Shown here: positions 9,384 through 18,929 of the stretch, piece after piece
Layout: every line of letters begins with the position of its first letter
Numbering within the stretch: the first letter of the stretch is position 1
Assembly (NCBI GenBank): GCA_041663565.1
Contig: JBAYMJ010000004.1
Location: forward strand, 582-64,581
Length of the DNA stretch: 64,000 bases
Reading direction: 5' to 3'
Source: Candidatus Micrarchaeia archaeon
GTDB lineage: Archaea; Micrarchaeota; Micrarchaeia; Norongarragalinales; CAINOH01
Position numbers and translations under genes: made by a program
Notes under the pieces: generated by a model
Databases searched by the model: none
What the model was told of the DNA's origin: nothing
Seen by the model: the letters and a program-made list of their open reading frames with translations, nothing else

Positions 9384-11954
9384 TCATTTGCAGGCATCCG
9401 CAGCAGGGTGGTCAATGCACACAAGCGCCTTCAGCTGTTCTATCTGCAACTGCTGCGCAGCCTTGCCAGCCTTGAGCGCGTCGATTTCCTCCTGCTGTTC
9501 CTGCACCGCCTTCACAATTACCGCGGAGAGCTGCCCATAGGCAATCCCTTTCCTGCCATCCTCGCCGGAAACGACTTCGGGAACCACTTTCTCAAGTTCC
9601 TGCGCAACGAACCCGACCTGGGAAGAGTTGTCGGACTTCATCAGGTAGCTTCTTGGCTGCATCAACATCAAATCCGCCAATCCGTAGTGGATGTCCCTTA
9701 CGTCCTTCTTGTAACTTGCATCGGACGCGCTGGTCCACGCGCCTGCGGAAGAGAGGTAGCCTTCGTTCGCTCCGTTGTAGAAGTACAGGTTTCCCGCATA
9801 ACCCAGGTATATTTGGCGATACAGTCCTTCCGACGAATCCTGTATCTCTAGGCCGGTGTAAGGCAGGCTCTTGTTGTTGACCACGTGAAGTGCCGCGGAC
9901 GGGCTTGACGTGCCGATGCCTACGCTGCCGTTGAAGAACGACTGCCCGTTCACGTGCAAGGAAGCCGCGGGACTGGATGTGCCGATGCCGACGCTGCCTT
10001 GGAAGACCGCTGCCGACCCGACTTGATAGCGCACGATTACGATTCCTGAACCGCCATTGCCGCTAACTTCACTAACGCCCCCGCCGCCCTCGCCGCCGGA
10101 ACCGGTATTATCGAGGCCCGACACGCCATTCCCGCCTGCACTCCCGTTGCCGCCGGCTGCGTATGTAACCGGGGTTCCTGAAATATAATTTACATTTCCC
10201 GCGCCACCGAGACCACCGCTAGGATATCCGACGTATCCTGCATGGCTGCTGCCACCGCCACCGCCACCGGAGTTGTTTCCGGGTGCACCAACAATCGCCG
10301 CACCGCCAGCATAACCTTGACCGGCTATTCCAGAACCGCCGGGGGCGCTGTCACGAGCGCCTCCACCGCCCCCAGAACCACCAGCCTGACCATTCCAATC
10401 AATACTATATTCCCCGCCGCGGCCGCCACCCTTCGCTATAATCGTATCAAAAACGGAATCGCTGCCGCTGGTTGCACCACCACCCCAGCCTGCACCGGAT
10501 CCTCCGGCGCCGACAGTTATTATTTTTGCCCCGTTGACGATGAGTGAACCTGAGAGATATCCGCCTGCACCGCCACCACCACCATATCCCCCGCCTCCGG
10601 CGCCGCCGCCAGCAACTACGAGGTATTCAACTTGCGTGACGCCATCCGGCGGGGTGAACGTGCTGTTGCCAATGGTCGTGAACTTGTGGACCCGGTAAGC
10701 CACGCCGTTCTGTACTATTTCATAGACGCTGTCGCCTCCGGACGCCATTGGACCGGAAACAACGTGAAGCTTCGCCTTCGGACTCGCCATCCCTATGCCG
10801 ACGCTGCCGTTGAAGACTGACGTACCCGCCACATGCAACGTAGCCAAAGGATTCGCTGTGCCTATGCCGACGCTGCCTTGGAAGACTGCCGCGGGTCCTG
10901 ATAGTTGGTAGCGTATGATCACGATGCCGGAACCACCATTGCCGCCAACGCCGCCACCCGCCGGAGCTAAGGCAGTAGACCCGCCTCCTCCGCCACCGGT
11001 ATTTGCATCTGCGTTTGAACCGCTCACTGTGGAACGCCCCGTCCCACCGCCACCGATGCCACCTGGCGTAGTTAGCCCGGCAGTTTCGCCTGCCCCTCCG
11101 CCTCCACCGCCTGCATAGTATGTCGGAGTACCTGAAATCGAGTAGGACAGGCCTATTCCGCCAGCTCCGGTAGTTGCACCAGAAACTCCCGCGCCACCCG
11201 CGCCGCCACCGCCACCGCTCCGAGTGCCACCAGTAGCAGCATCTCCAATTGCGCCATTATTGCCCTGGCCAGCGACGCCCTTACCATAGGAATACAAATT
11301 ATCGTAATTATTGGGACGACCACCAGCGCCGCTGCCGCCATCCTCAATATCGGAACGGCCACCGGCGTTGTAACCCGGAGCACCACCCCCGCCTATTGCC
11401 GTCTGAGAGTTAAAGCTACTGTTGGACCCTTTGCTTCCAAAAGCATCATTTGCATTGAACTCGGCTACGGTTGCAGGCCTGCCGGCGCCACCCGCACCTA
11501 CAACAACAGGATAGCTTGTTCCTGCAGTTACAAAGGAAGAGGAATTGTAAATCAGGCCGCCTGCTCCGCCTCCACCACCATACCACGAAGCACCTCCACC
11601 GCCACCCGCAACAATAAGGCATTCGACAGAAGTAACGCCACTAGGCGGAGTGAATGCGCTGGTGCCGACTGCTGTGAACACGTGGACGCGGTAGGTCGTG
11701 TTGTTGACTACGGTGTCATAGACTCGGTCCCCGCCAAAACCGCTGGAACCGCTAACGACATGAAGAGTCGCATTTGGGCTTGACGTGTTGATGCCTACGC
11801 GGCCGGAAGCGGAGTTGACAAAGAACGAACCATTGCCAACGGAAAAGTCGCTGGTCGAGTTGAGCGCACCCTGCACGAGCAGGCTTCCTGCGGACGCGGG
11901 CTGGCACAGGCAAATGACAAGGAACACGGAAATAATCCAAAGGCCAGATTTCAC
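9384..11954 (-). CDS. Paralogous secreted fibre-like protein with two glycine-rich domains and S74 chaperone
   Basis: Same N-terminus (QPASAGSLLVQG), two Gly-rich modules, SDASYKKD..GFVAQELEKVVPEVV and the same C-terminus (DHPAADACK). Confidence 0.85.
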   Translation of the reverse strand: MKSGLWIISVFLVICLCQPASAGSLLVQGALNSTSDFSVGNGSFFVNSASGRVGINTSSPNATLHVVSGSSGFGGDRVYDTVVNNTTYRVHVFTAVGTSAFTPPSGVTSVECLIVAGGGGGASWYGGGGGAGGLIYNSSSFVTAGTSYPVVVGAGGAGRPATVAEFNANDAFGSKGSNSSFNSQTAIGGGGAPGYNAGGRSDIEDGGSGAGGRPNNYDNLYSYGKGVAGQGNNGAIGDAATGGTRSGGGGGAGGAGVSGATTGAGGIGLSYSISGTPTYYAGGGGGGAGETAGLTTPGGIGGGGTGRSTVSGSNADANTGGGGGGSTALAPAGGGVGGNGGSGIVIIRYQLSGPAAVFQGSVGIGTANPLATLHVAGTSVFNGSVGIGMASPKAKLHVVSGPMASGGDSVYEIVQNGVAYRVHKFTTIGNSTFTPPDGVTQVEYLVVAGGGAGGGGYGGGGGAGGYLSGSLIVNGAKIITVGAGGSGAGWGGGATSGSDSVFDTIIAKGGGRGGEYSIDWNGQAGGSGGGGGARDSAPGGSGIAGQGYAGGAAIVGAPGNNSGGGGGGSSHAGYVGYPSGGLGGAGNVNYISGTPVTYAAGGNGSAGGNGVSGLDNTGSGGEGGGGVSEVSGNGGSGIVIVRYQVGSAAVFQGSVGIGTSSPAASLHVNGQSFFNGSVGIGTSSPSAALHVVNNKSLPYTGLEIQDSSEGLYRQIYLGYAGNLYFYNGANEGYLSSAGAWTSASDASYKKDVRDIHYGLADLMLMQPRSYLMKSDNSSQVGFVAQELEKVVPEVVSGEDGRKGIAYGQLSAVIVKAVQEQQEEIDALKAGKAAQQLQIEQLKALVCIDHPAADACK

Positions 11955-12012
11955 AAAAACACCAACTTACCAAAACAACCCAACAGTCAAAACGTCAGAA
12001 AGCCAATACGTA

Positions 12013-13404
12013 CTACGTGAACCCGAGGAATATCCACTTGACAACCGTGTTGCTGTCGCACTCCGAACCGACCATCATGACCTCGACGTCGCTGTACTGG
12101 GCCGCGCGCCTTGCAATCGGATAGCCCGAGCACCAGGCCGAATACTGGAGCTGCGTAGCCATGCTTCCGACTGAAGCAGCGGAATTCGAGATGGCGTACG
12201 TCGAGCCGCCGTATGACCCTTTCAGGATGAGCAGCCCCTGGTCCAGCTGGCCTATTGACCTCCAGCCTCCGCCGCCTACGTCGATGGTCCCGCTTTGTAT
12301 TGCTGCCAAGTTGCTCTTTATGTTGCCTGCCGCCTCGATTTTTCCGCTTGAAAATATGTTGACGGGCTTGTTGCCGTTGCTGTCGGATGTCGAGAAGACA
12401 GTTGAGTCGTCGGATGTGACGGTTATGTACATGTGGTTGCCGGTGTTAAAAGTCGTAGGCGTGAACGTCCCTCCGAGAGTGGGCTCGGTGTTGTCCTGTA
12501 TGTAGTCCACGGCACCGCCCGTGCCGTTGTCAACGTAGAACGCGCCAGTTGGCATGTAACCCACCACCCCGCTTTTCCACGCGACGTAATAATCGGCAGT
12601 AGCCGAGGTCAGCGGGCTGCCTATGGTCAGGTCCGCCTGCGAGAAAGCCTGCGTCACCTGCGCGCCTGCAGCCCCAGCAGGCAGCGTGAAGCGCGCGCCG
12701 AACCTTACTGCCCACGTGTTGCCGCCGGTGTTCTCGACAAACAGCAGCCACCACTTTCCTGTTGTGCTTGCGCTGGGCTTGCGGTAGGTCACCGCGGTGT
12801 ACAGCGTGTTCTTTGCAAGCAGGAACTCGGGCGTGTTCTCAACCCCGAAATAAGCGTTGTTCGCGTCGAACCACGAAGTCCCGTCAGTGTGCGGCAACGG
12901 GTGACCCGTCAGGCCGTAGGACGTGTTGCTCCGGACCTGCAGGCTTGCAGACGGGCTTATGATGCCGATGCCCACGTTGCCGGTGCCGTTCTGTATGGTG
13001 ACCCGGTCTGCAATACCTGACTCCGTAACCCTCAGCGTGCCGTCGTAATCCATCCGCACTATGTGCCATTTTAGCGAACCGGATGCATTGCCGAAGAATA
13101 TTACCGAGTTGTTCCACGCGTCGGGACTCACCCTAATAGACCCGTTCACGTCAAGCCTAACTATGGGGCTCACCGTACCGACACCGACGTTGCCGGAAGT
13201 CGCGTTCACGAAAAACGAAATCGAACCGTTGCCAGCAGAAAAGTCGCTGCTTGAGTTGAGCGCACCCTGCACGAGCAGGCTTCCGGCGGACGTGACCGGG
13301 CAGAGGAGGATTGCGCCAAGGAGAAGGAACGCGAAAAAAGCGGGAGCGTCGGCTGCCAAGACGCCGCGCGCCGCATTACCGCCCAAAACAGTTCTTGCAA
13401 TCAT
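12013..13404 (-). CDS. Secreted fibre-like paralog with a different passenger region and no S74 domain
   Basis: Signal peptide, shared AGSLLVQGALNSSSDFSAGNGS N-terminus and GNVGIG repeats; no Gly-rich or S74 motifs. Confidence 0.75.
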   Translation of the reverse strand: MIARTVLGGNAARGVLAADAPAFFAFLLLGAILLCPVTSAGSLLVQGALNSSSDFSAGNGSISFFVNATSGNVGVGTVSPIVRLDVNGSIRVSPDAWNNSVIFFGNASGSLKWHIVRMDYDGTLRVTESGIADRVTIQNGTGNVGIGIISPSASLQVRSNTSYGLTGHPLPHTDGTSWFDANNAYFGVENTPEFLLAKNTLYTAVTYRKPSASTTGKWWLLFVENTGGNTWAVRFGARFTLPAGAAGAQVTQAFSQADLTIGSPLTSATADYYVAWKSGVVGYMPTGAFYVDNGTGGAVDYIQDNTEPTLGGTFTPTTFNTGNHMYITVTSDDSTVFSTSDSNGNKPVNIFSSGKIEAAGNIKSNLAAIQSGTIDVGGGGWRSIGQLDQGLLILKGSYGGSTYAISNSAASVGSMATQLQYSAWCSGYPIARRAAQYSDVEVMMVGSECDSNTVVKWIFLGFT

Positions 13405-13435
13405 GATATCCTACCCATCATCCAACAAACCCGAA

Positions 13436-16183
13436 TCAACTGCCGTTGTTCTGCATGAGGCTGCCCACCAGGCACATCTGTCCTGTCTCGCTAATGTATG
13501 ACACGGTAACGTTGTTTGCGTCCTTGACCACGAACAGGTTGTCCGACGCGGTGCACGAAGCGTCGTGGTCGCCGCAGGACGCGTCCTCCAAGCACAGGTT
13601 CCCTGCCTCGGTTATGTACGCGTGGGACACGCCAAGGGAGTCGCGGAACGCCAGCGCGCCCGACGGCGGGGTTGCGCAGCTTGCGCCTGCCGAGCAGGCG
13701 CCTGAAAGTATGACGTCGCCTGCCTGCGTGAACGTCGCCACGCTCGTGCCGGTCGGCGCCTGGAAGAACGCTATGCCTGAAGAGAACACGACCTTGCGCA
13801 GCGCCGAGCGCCCCGACCAAGAATCGTTCTGCGCGAACAGGGAATACCACACGCTGCCTTCAAGCAGGGGGCTGCTATACGAGAACAGCCACTTGTCGGG
13901 CGCGTACTTTGCGAGGTTGGAATAATACTGCTGCTGTATCTCGGCTGCGGAAAGAGAGCGGTTCCAGACGCGCACCTCGTCTATGGAGCCGTTGGAGGAA
14001 TAACCCCTGCCGGAACCGATCCACCAAGGATAGTTGGCCGCATTCGTTACGTTCTGGCCGTACATGGGCTGGGTAAGCCCCAAAGCGAGAGGCATCTGTA
14101 CCCCGTTGACGTATATTGAGAAGTTGTTCGTTGAACCGTCGTGCGTCGCCACGACGTAGGTCCATGCGTTCCTCGGAACTACTCCGACTGCGGTCCTTGA
14201 ATACCTGACCCAGCCATAGCCCCAGTGAGGCACGCCCACAAAGACGTCGCCAAAGCCCACGTCGGTCACCAAAAAGTCGAAGCCATAATTGTTGCCGAAC
14301 GACGGGTCGGGTGCTATTAATATGTGGTTGTAGCTGTTACCCTGTATCTTGACCCACGCCCCGACCGTCCAAGGCACGGCGTCTCCGAAAACCCCACCCA
14401 ACGCGCTGCCGTTGGCCTGCAGGTAGTCGTCAACCCCGTCAAACCTCATTGCACTCTCCCACTTCCCTTCCGGGTCCCAGTCGGCGTGCCTTGCCCTGCC
14501 CGCAGCGTAGGCCGCGGCAACTTCCGCGTCCGAAAGGGCGCGAGAGAAGACTCCAACTTCATCTATTGAACCGTTGAACCCGGCCATGAACGAGTCGCCT
14601 ATCCTGTTGAACGCGCCGATGTTAACCGAGTTGTTGGCAAAACACAACGGCCCGTACGCGGCCCTAGAACCGTTGAGCACGCCGTTCAGGTAGACGCGTA
14701 TCGATTGGCGGTCACGGTCGTACGCAGCCGCCACGAAGGTCCAAGAGTTGGCCGGCACCGCGTTTGTTGCAAACCCGTTGTTGGTGCCCGACGGGTCGCC
14801 TGCGGTGTTGTTGATGAATTGGAACGACACGATGCCTGGCGAGGCGAAGAACAGCATGAACTGCTGGTGCTCCTCCGTTCCCGGGCCATAGCGGTACTTG
14901 CCGACAATCTGTGGGCTTGAAAGCGAGCGAGGGTATATCCAAGCCATCACGGTCACCGCGTTGGAAACGTTAGCAGCTGACGCGTTGCCTGCGACGACGT
15001 AGTCGTCCACCCCGTCGAACTGAACCCCGGTTCCGCTCTTGCCTGTTGCCCACCCGCAGTTCGTGACTCCCGTGCCTCCGTTCATGTTGTAGCAGGTTCC
15101 ATTGTTGCGCCAGACGCTCTCGTCGTACGTCGTGTTGCCGGTGTTCTCATCCATGTGCAGAAGCAGCAACGTGTTGCCGTAAATCGTGCCGTTGTTGCCG
15201 TAGCGCGATATGTCCGTCACCTTGCTCGCGGTGTCTCCGATTGCGGAAACGTCGTCGAAGTTGTACGCAAGCACAAGCGAGTCGTTGTATACCGTGTAAT
15301 TCGTCGAGTTCCAATTGAAGATTACGCCCGAAGGCTGCGAAACGTTCTGGATGCTCGCGTTTATGGTGATGCCGCCAAACGCCATCGATGAATTCGCCGG
15401 CGTCGGCGGCAAGAACTGTATTAGCGAGACTGGCGGGCTTGAGATGACGTTGGATACCACCAGGGTTATCGGCACCTGGAAGCTCTGGTTCCCGGTTGAC
15501 CCTGCGCCGACAAGCGATATGAAAAGCTGGCCGGAGTAGGTGCCCTTTGCGAGCGCGCTGGTGTTCACAAGCAAGTCTAGTTGCTGCGTGCCGTAAGCCA
15601 AAAGCGTGAAGTCCGAAGGGCCAAAAGTTAGGTTGACGCTGCCGTTAGACCACGTCGAGGACACCGTGCCTGCCATCTGGACGATTGACGTGCTTGACAC
15701 GAGGATGGCGTCCGAATATCCGCTGCCGGGGGCCACCACCGCGCTTATGGACGTACGATTGATGCGCGCGACCTTGTCGCCGATTATGACCGAAGTGCCG
15801 TCGTTCTCAACCGGCCAATAGTACGTGCCGGAAGAGTCGGGCAGGCTCCCCTGCAGGGAAAAGGAGAAGGTGCGCACGTAGTCCGTGTCCTTTGCACGCA
15901 GGATTATCGCGTTCTGCGTGATGCGCGAGTTGTCCGGGTCGTAGGAGCGCGGCAGGTCTATCGTCACAATCTTGCGCGCGCCCGCGCCCTGCGAGTGCAC
16001 CTCCCGCGCGGCGTTCGCAAGGTCGGTCACCGCGAGGTTTGCGGAGATTTCGACGTTGCGCGAGCTCAGCGCGTCGCTCCGGCCGACCGTGACCGCGTAG
16101 ATTATCGCAAATACGACTACCGCTGCGGCGAAAAGGAGCAGGAACTCCGTTGAACTCTGCCCCCTGGCCTTGACGCTCCCCAT
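13436..16183 (-). CDS. Pilin-fused LamG-domain surface protein (two nested LamG domains, Cys-containing three-repeat C-terminal domain)
   Basis: Class III signal ARGQSSTEFLLLF; LamG motifs LVLAYNFDD, FDGVDDY twice and NGSIDEV twice. Confidence 0.88.
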   Translation of the reverse strand: MGSVKARGQSSTEFLLLFAAAVVVFAIIYAVTVGRSDALSSRNVEISANLAVTDLANAAREVHSQGAGARKIVTIDLPRSYDPDNSRITQNAIILRAKDTDYVRTFSFSLQGSLPDSSGTYYWPVENDGTSVIIGDKVARINRTSISAVVAPGSGYSDAILVSSTSIVQMAGTVSSTWSNGSVNLTFGPSDFTLLAYGTQQLDLLVNTSALAKGTYSGQLFISLVGAGSTGNQSFQVPITLVVSNVISSPPVSLIQFLPPTPANSSMAFGGITINASIQNVSQPSGVIFNWNSTNYTVYNDSLVLAYNFDDVSAIGDTASKVTDISRYGNNGTIYGNTLLLLHMDENTGNTTYDESVWRNNGTCYNMNGGTGVTNCGWATGKSGTGVQFDGVDDYVVAGNASAANVSNAVTVMAWIYPRSLSSPQIVGKYRYGPGTEEHQQFMLFFASPGIVSFQFINNTAGDPSGTNNGFATNAVPANSWTFVAAAYDRDRQSIRVYLNGVLNGSRAAYGPLCFANNSVNIGAFNRIGDSFMAGFNGSIDEVGVFSRALSDAEVAAAYAAGRARHADWDPEGKWESAMRFDGVDDYLQANGSALGGVFGDAVPWTVGAWVKIQGNSYNHILIAPDPSFGNNYGFDFLVTDVGFGDVFVGVPHWGYGWVRYSRTAVGVVPRNAWTYVVATHDGSTNNFSIYVNGVQMPLALGLTQPMYGQNVTNAANYPWWIGSGRGYSSNGSIDEVRVWNRSLSAAEIQQQYYSNLAKYAPDKWLFSYSSPLLEGSVWYSLFAQNDSWSGRSALRKVVFSSGIAFFQAPTGTSVATFTQAGDVILSGACSAGASCATPPSGALAFRDSLGVSHAYITEAGNLCLEDASCGDHDASCTASDNLFVVKDANNVTVSYISETGQMCLVGSLMQNNGS

Positions 16184-16418
16184 AAAACCCGGTATCAAGC
16201 AGGTAATCGGGACTTTTTAACTCACCGGAAATGAAGTGCATAAACTGTTTTTTACTCGAAGAATGACAACAAAATCCGATGAATTACAAAGCCCGTTTGG
16301 GCGGCGAAATGAAAATGGAAAACCGACTTGACAAAACTAGGGGCTTGCCTGGAAACAAAACTCCCTGCAAGACACGGCACGGCTCCGGGAAAAGCATAAA
16401 AACATACTCAAATAACAT

Positions 16419-16718
16419 ATGTTCGGGGGGATTGTCCTGAAGGAACATTGGATATACCCCACATGGCAGTCGCTTCCCCTAATCCCGAGCCGTTCTGCGA
16501 TGAACGAACTTTGGAAGTACGGCCTCGCATTGGACGATGCAAAACAGGTGCTTGAGGAAGGCTACGACTGCTCGGACGGAAAACGCAAAAAGACCGTGTT
16601 CGAACGGTGCCTGCACAGCAGAGGCAAGGTCATCAAAATCGTTGTCGCATGCGGCTACAACCATTCCCTTGCAACGGACTGCTGGGTGGTCACGCACGTC
16701 GGCACGGTCAAAGAATGA
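16419..16718 (+). CDS. Putative toxin, DUF4258/RelE-like fold
   Basis: Small basic protein (EEGYDCSDGKRKKTVFERC..IKIVV..WVVTHVG) directly upstream of an antitoxin-like gene; start codon uncertain. Confidence 0.5.
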   Translation: MFGGIVLKEHWIYPTWQSLPLIPSRSAMNELWKYGLALDDAKQVLEEGYDCSDGKRKKTVFERCLHSRGKVIKIVVACGYNHSLATDCWVVTHVGTVKE

Positions 16719-16733
16719 GGGAAAGGAATTCTT

Positions 16734-17057
16734 ATGGCTGGAAAAAAGAAGGGAATGGATTGCGTCAAGTGCGGGGGGCTAGCTAAGCCCGCCAAAACCG
16801 GGTTCCAGGGCATCGATATAGACGGGTGGAAGTGCACGCGGTGCGGCGAGGTATATTACGACCCGGCCCAGGCACAGCGGATACTCCTGCTTCACAAGCT
16901 CGGGCACGAAGAGATTGAAGCCAAGCTAGGCAAGGTGCGGAGCAACCTGATACTGCGCATCCCAAAGGCGGTTGAGGAAGGCCTCGGGCTCAAGGAAGGC
17001 GAAAAAATCAGGCTCAAGGTGCGGAACGCGACGGAATTGACGCTCACAACGGGATAA
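16734..17057 (+). CDS. Putative antitoxin: MqsA/YgiT-type zinc ribbon fused to an AbrB/MazE-type DNA-binding domain
   Basis: CVKCGG...WKCTRCGEVYY followed by KVRSNLILRIPKAVEEGLGLKEGEKI. Confidence 0.7.
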   Translation: MAGKKKGMDCVKCGGLAKPAKTGFQGIDIDGWKCTRCGEVYYDPAQAQRILLLHKLGHEEIEAKLGKVRSNLILRIPKAVEEGLGLKEGEKIRLKVRNATELTLTTG

Positions 17058-17159
17058 GAGCAAGGAAAGAAAAACGGACTTTGAAAACGGGACCTGCGGA
17101 GCCTGTCTCTTTGCAATATAAAAAAACCGCCGCACAAAAGTAGTTGGGAAGATTTGAAC

Positions 17160-18206
17160 ATGGAAAAAACATCGCGCGCAACCGCATCCGCACCCAACAA
17201 GATAATACTCGCAGGCGAGCACAGCGTGGTGTACGGCGGCAAGGCAATCAGCGTGCCAGTTGAGGTCAACGGCAGGCGCAACGGGGCGATTGCGACCGTC
17301 GCGAAGGGAAGCGGCAGGATTGCGGTGACCGCAGGAAGGCAGACCTCGACGCTCTCGGACGGATTGGCCGCGGGCGACCGCGAGTTTTTCCCGGTGCTGC
17401 ACGCAGTTGGCTTTGCCCTGCAGGAGCATGCAAAGCAGCTTGCTGAAAGCGACGTGCACATCACATTGCACTTTTCGGGCGCGCCGAAGGGCACCGGCAA
17501 CTCCGCGTCGATGTCCGCAGCCGCGGTATGCGCGTCGTGCGCGGCACTTGGCTGCACACTTACCAATGAAGAGCTGTTCAACGCGACGATGGTTGCAGAG
17601 AACGAGTACCACGCGGGGAAGGCCTCGGGGCTGGATCCGATGACGGTGTGTTCGGACGAGCCGCTGGTTTTTCGCAAGGAATTTTCTAAGAAAGGCGTGC
17701 GCTTCGACTACGTGCGGAAAAAGCTCTCTCTGCCCAAGGGCACTTCGCTCCTTCTGGTGAACGCGCTGTTTGGCGGAAAACGCGCGTACACCGACGAGAT
17801 GATAAGCGCGTTCGCACAGGCAAACAGGATTGACTGCGCGCCCGACGCCCTCCCGAAGGAGCGCCAAAAGTCGCTTGTCGCGGCGTACGACATGCTGGTC
17901 GAGGAAATGGAAAAGGAGCTTCACCCCGACGGCAGCATGGAGACCCTCGGCGAGCTCTTCGACGAGAACCACGCGCTGCTTTCATGCTCGGGAGTGTCGT
18001 GCCACAGCATCGAACGGGTGAGGAAAGTCGCCGCAAACAACGGCGCGCTCGGCTCCAAGCTGACCGGGGCGGGCGGCAACGGCGGGTGCGTCCTGGTCCT
18101 TTCCGCAAGCGAGGACGAGGAAAGCATCAGGGACGCGCTGGAGAAGCAGGACTTCCGGTGCTTCAATGCGGAGTTCTCGCACAGGGGCGCCGGGATAGAC
18201 CGCTAG
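17160..18206 (+). CDS. mvk: Mevalonate kinase (GHMP family)
   Basis: PNKIILAGEHSVVYG, PKGTGNSAS, ASGLD and KLTGAGGNGG motifs. Confidence 0.85.
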   Translation: MEKTSRATASAPNKIILAGEHSVVYGGKAISVPVEVNGRRNGAIATVAKGSGRIAVTAGRQTSTLSDGLAAGDREFFPVLHAVGFALQEHAKQLAESDVHITLHFSGAPKGTGNSASMSAAAVCASCAALGCTLTNEELFNATMVAENEYHAGKASGLDPMTVCSDEPLVFRKEFSKKGVRFDYVRKKLSLPKGTSLLLVNALFGGKRAYTDEMISAFAQANRIDCAPDALPKERQKSLVAAYDMLVEEMEKELHPDGSMETLGELFDENHALLSCSGVSCHSIERVRKVAANNGALGSKLTGAGGNGGCVLVLSASEDEESIRDALEKQDFRCFNAEFSHRGAGIDR

Positions 18207-18326
18207 CAGAATCATCGGCAACCCGCCCAGTAAAAGATTAACTACTGCTTTTCACACCGACTTTGCGATAGGCGACTTTCCAAGTCCCCCGCAGGCAACA
18301 GGATAAAAGCCTTGCTTGCCTACAAA

Positions 18327-18347
18327 TTGATATCAAATAGATATCTA
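18327..18347. promoter_or_regulatory. Tandem palindromic operator upstream of the TA operon
   Basis: TTGATATCAA (18327-18336) and TAGATATCTA (18338-18347), 11 bp apart, just before the antitoxin start. Confidence 0.6.
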
Positions 18348-18360
18348 AAAGGTGGAATGA

Positions 18361-18618
18361 ATGGAAATGATTGTCAGGCTTGACGGCATGGTGGAAAAAA
18401 TCCTGAACTCGCTTGTCAAGCAGGGTTACTACAAGACCAAGACCGAGGCAATCCGTGCGGGAATACTTTGGATGGGAAGGGACTACAACCTCATAACCGA
18501 CCCCGAAGCAAGGCTTGTCTCCAAAAGGATAAGGCAGATGGAGGCCGAGGTAGCTGCAGGAAAGAAGAGGATGGTTCCCATCGAGGAAGTCGCCAGGAAA
18601 GCTGGCGTTAAGATATGA
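18361..18618 (+). CDS. Ribbon-helix-helix (ParD/CopG-like) antitoxin
   Basis: IVRLDG..LVKQGYYKTKTEAIRAGI N-terminus and VPIEEV C-terminus; 4-bp overlap with the toxin. Confidence 0.75.
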   Translation: MEMIVRLDGMVEKILNSLVKQGYYKTKTEAIRAGILWMGRDYNLITDPEARLVSKRIRQMEAEVAAGKKRMVPIEEVARKAGVKI

Positions 18619-18884
18619 CAGAGTACAGGATAACTGTCCATGAGACGGTGACAAGGAAGCTCCTTAAGATGGACAACGCAATCCGCGAACGCCTAATCAA
18701 GGAAATCGCGAGGATGCGTTTTTCGGACCTCGGAAGGCATATGAAACACGGCCTTGATTTTTTTGTTGAGGAGGCTGGGCAGTACCGGATTGTTTTTCGG
18801 TGCATCGACCATGAAAAAAGAATTCATTTTGTCGGCAACCACAAGGAATACGAAAAATGGTATCGTAAAGCGATGCAAAACTAA
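18615..18884 (+). CDS. RelE/ParE family toxin
   Basis: YRITVH..LLKMD..GQYRIVF..FVGNHKEYEKWY, 89 aa. Confidence 0.8.
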   Translation: MTEYRITVHETVTRKLLKMDNAIRERLIKEIARMRFSDLGRHMKHGLDFFVEEAGQYRIVFRCIDHEKRIHFVGNHKEYEKWYRKAMQN

Positions 18885-18929
18885 TGTTAGGAAAAACGGC
18901 GCAGGATAATTTTCTTAAACCTGTCGGAT

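Noticed and set aside
11468..11478. 11-nt match (CGGTTGCAGGC) to the putative TnpB guide inside a fibre gene
   Set aside because: Too short, and the first two guide positions mismatch; compatible with chance.
6586..11954. Prophage inferred from tail-fibre S74 domains
   Set aside because: No capsid, terminase, portal or integrase genes; the proteins have signal peptides and sit in a surface-protein cluster.
1..16183. CRISPR array or diversity-generating retroelement behind the repeats
   Set aside because: The repeats are in-frame coding blocks with kb-scale irregular spacing; no reverse transcriptase, cas gene or adenine-specific TR/VR pair was seen.
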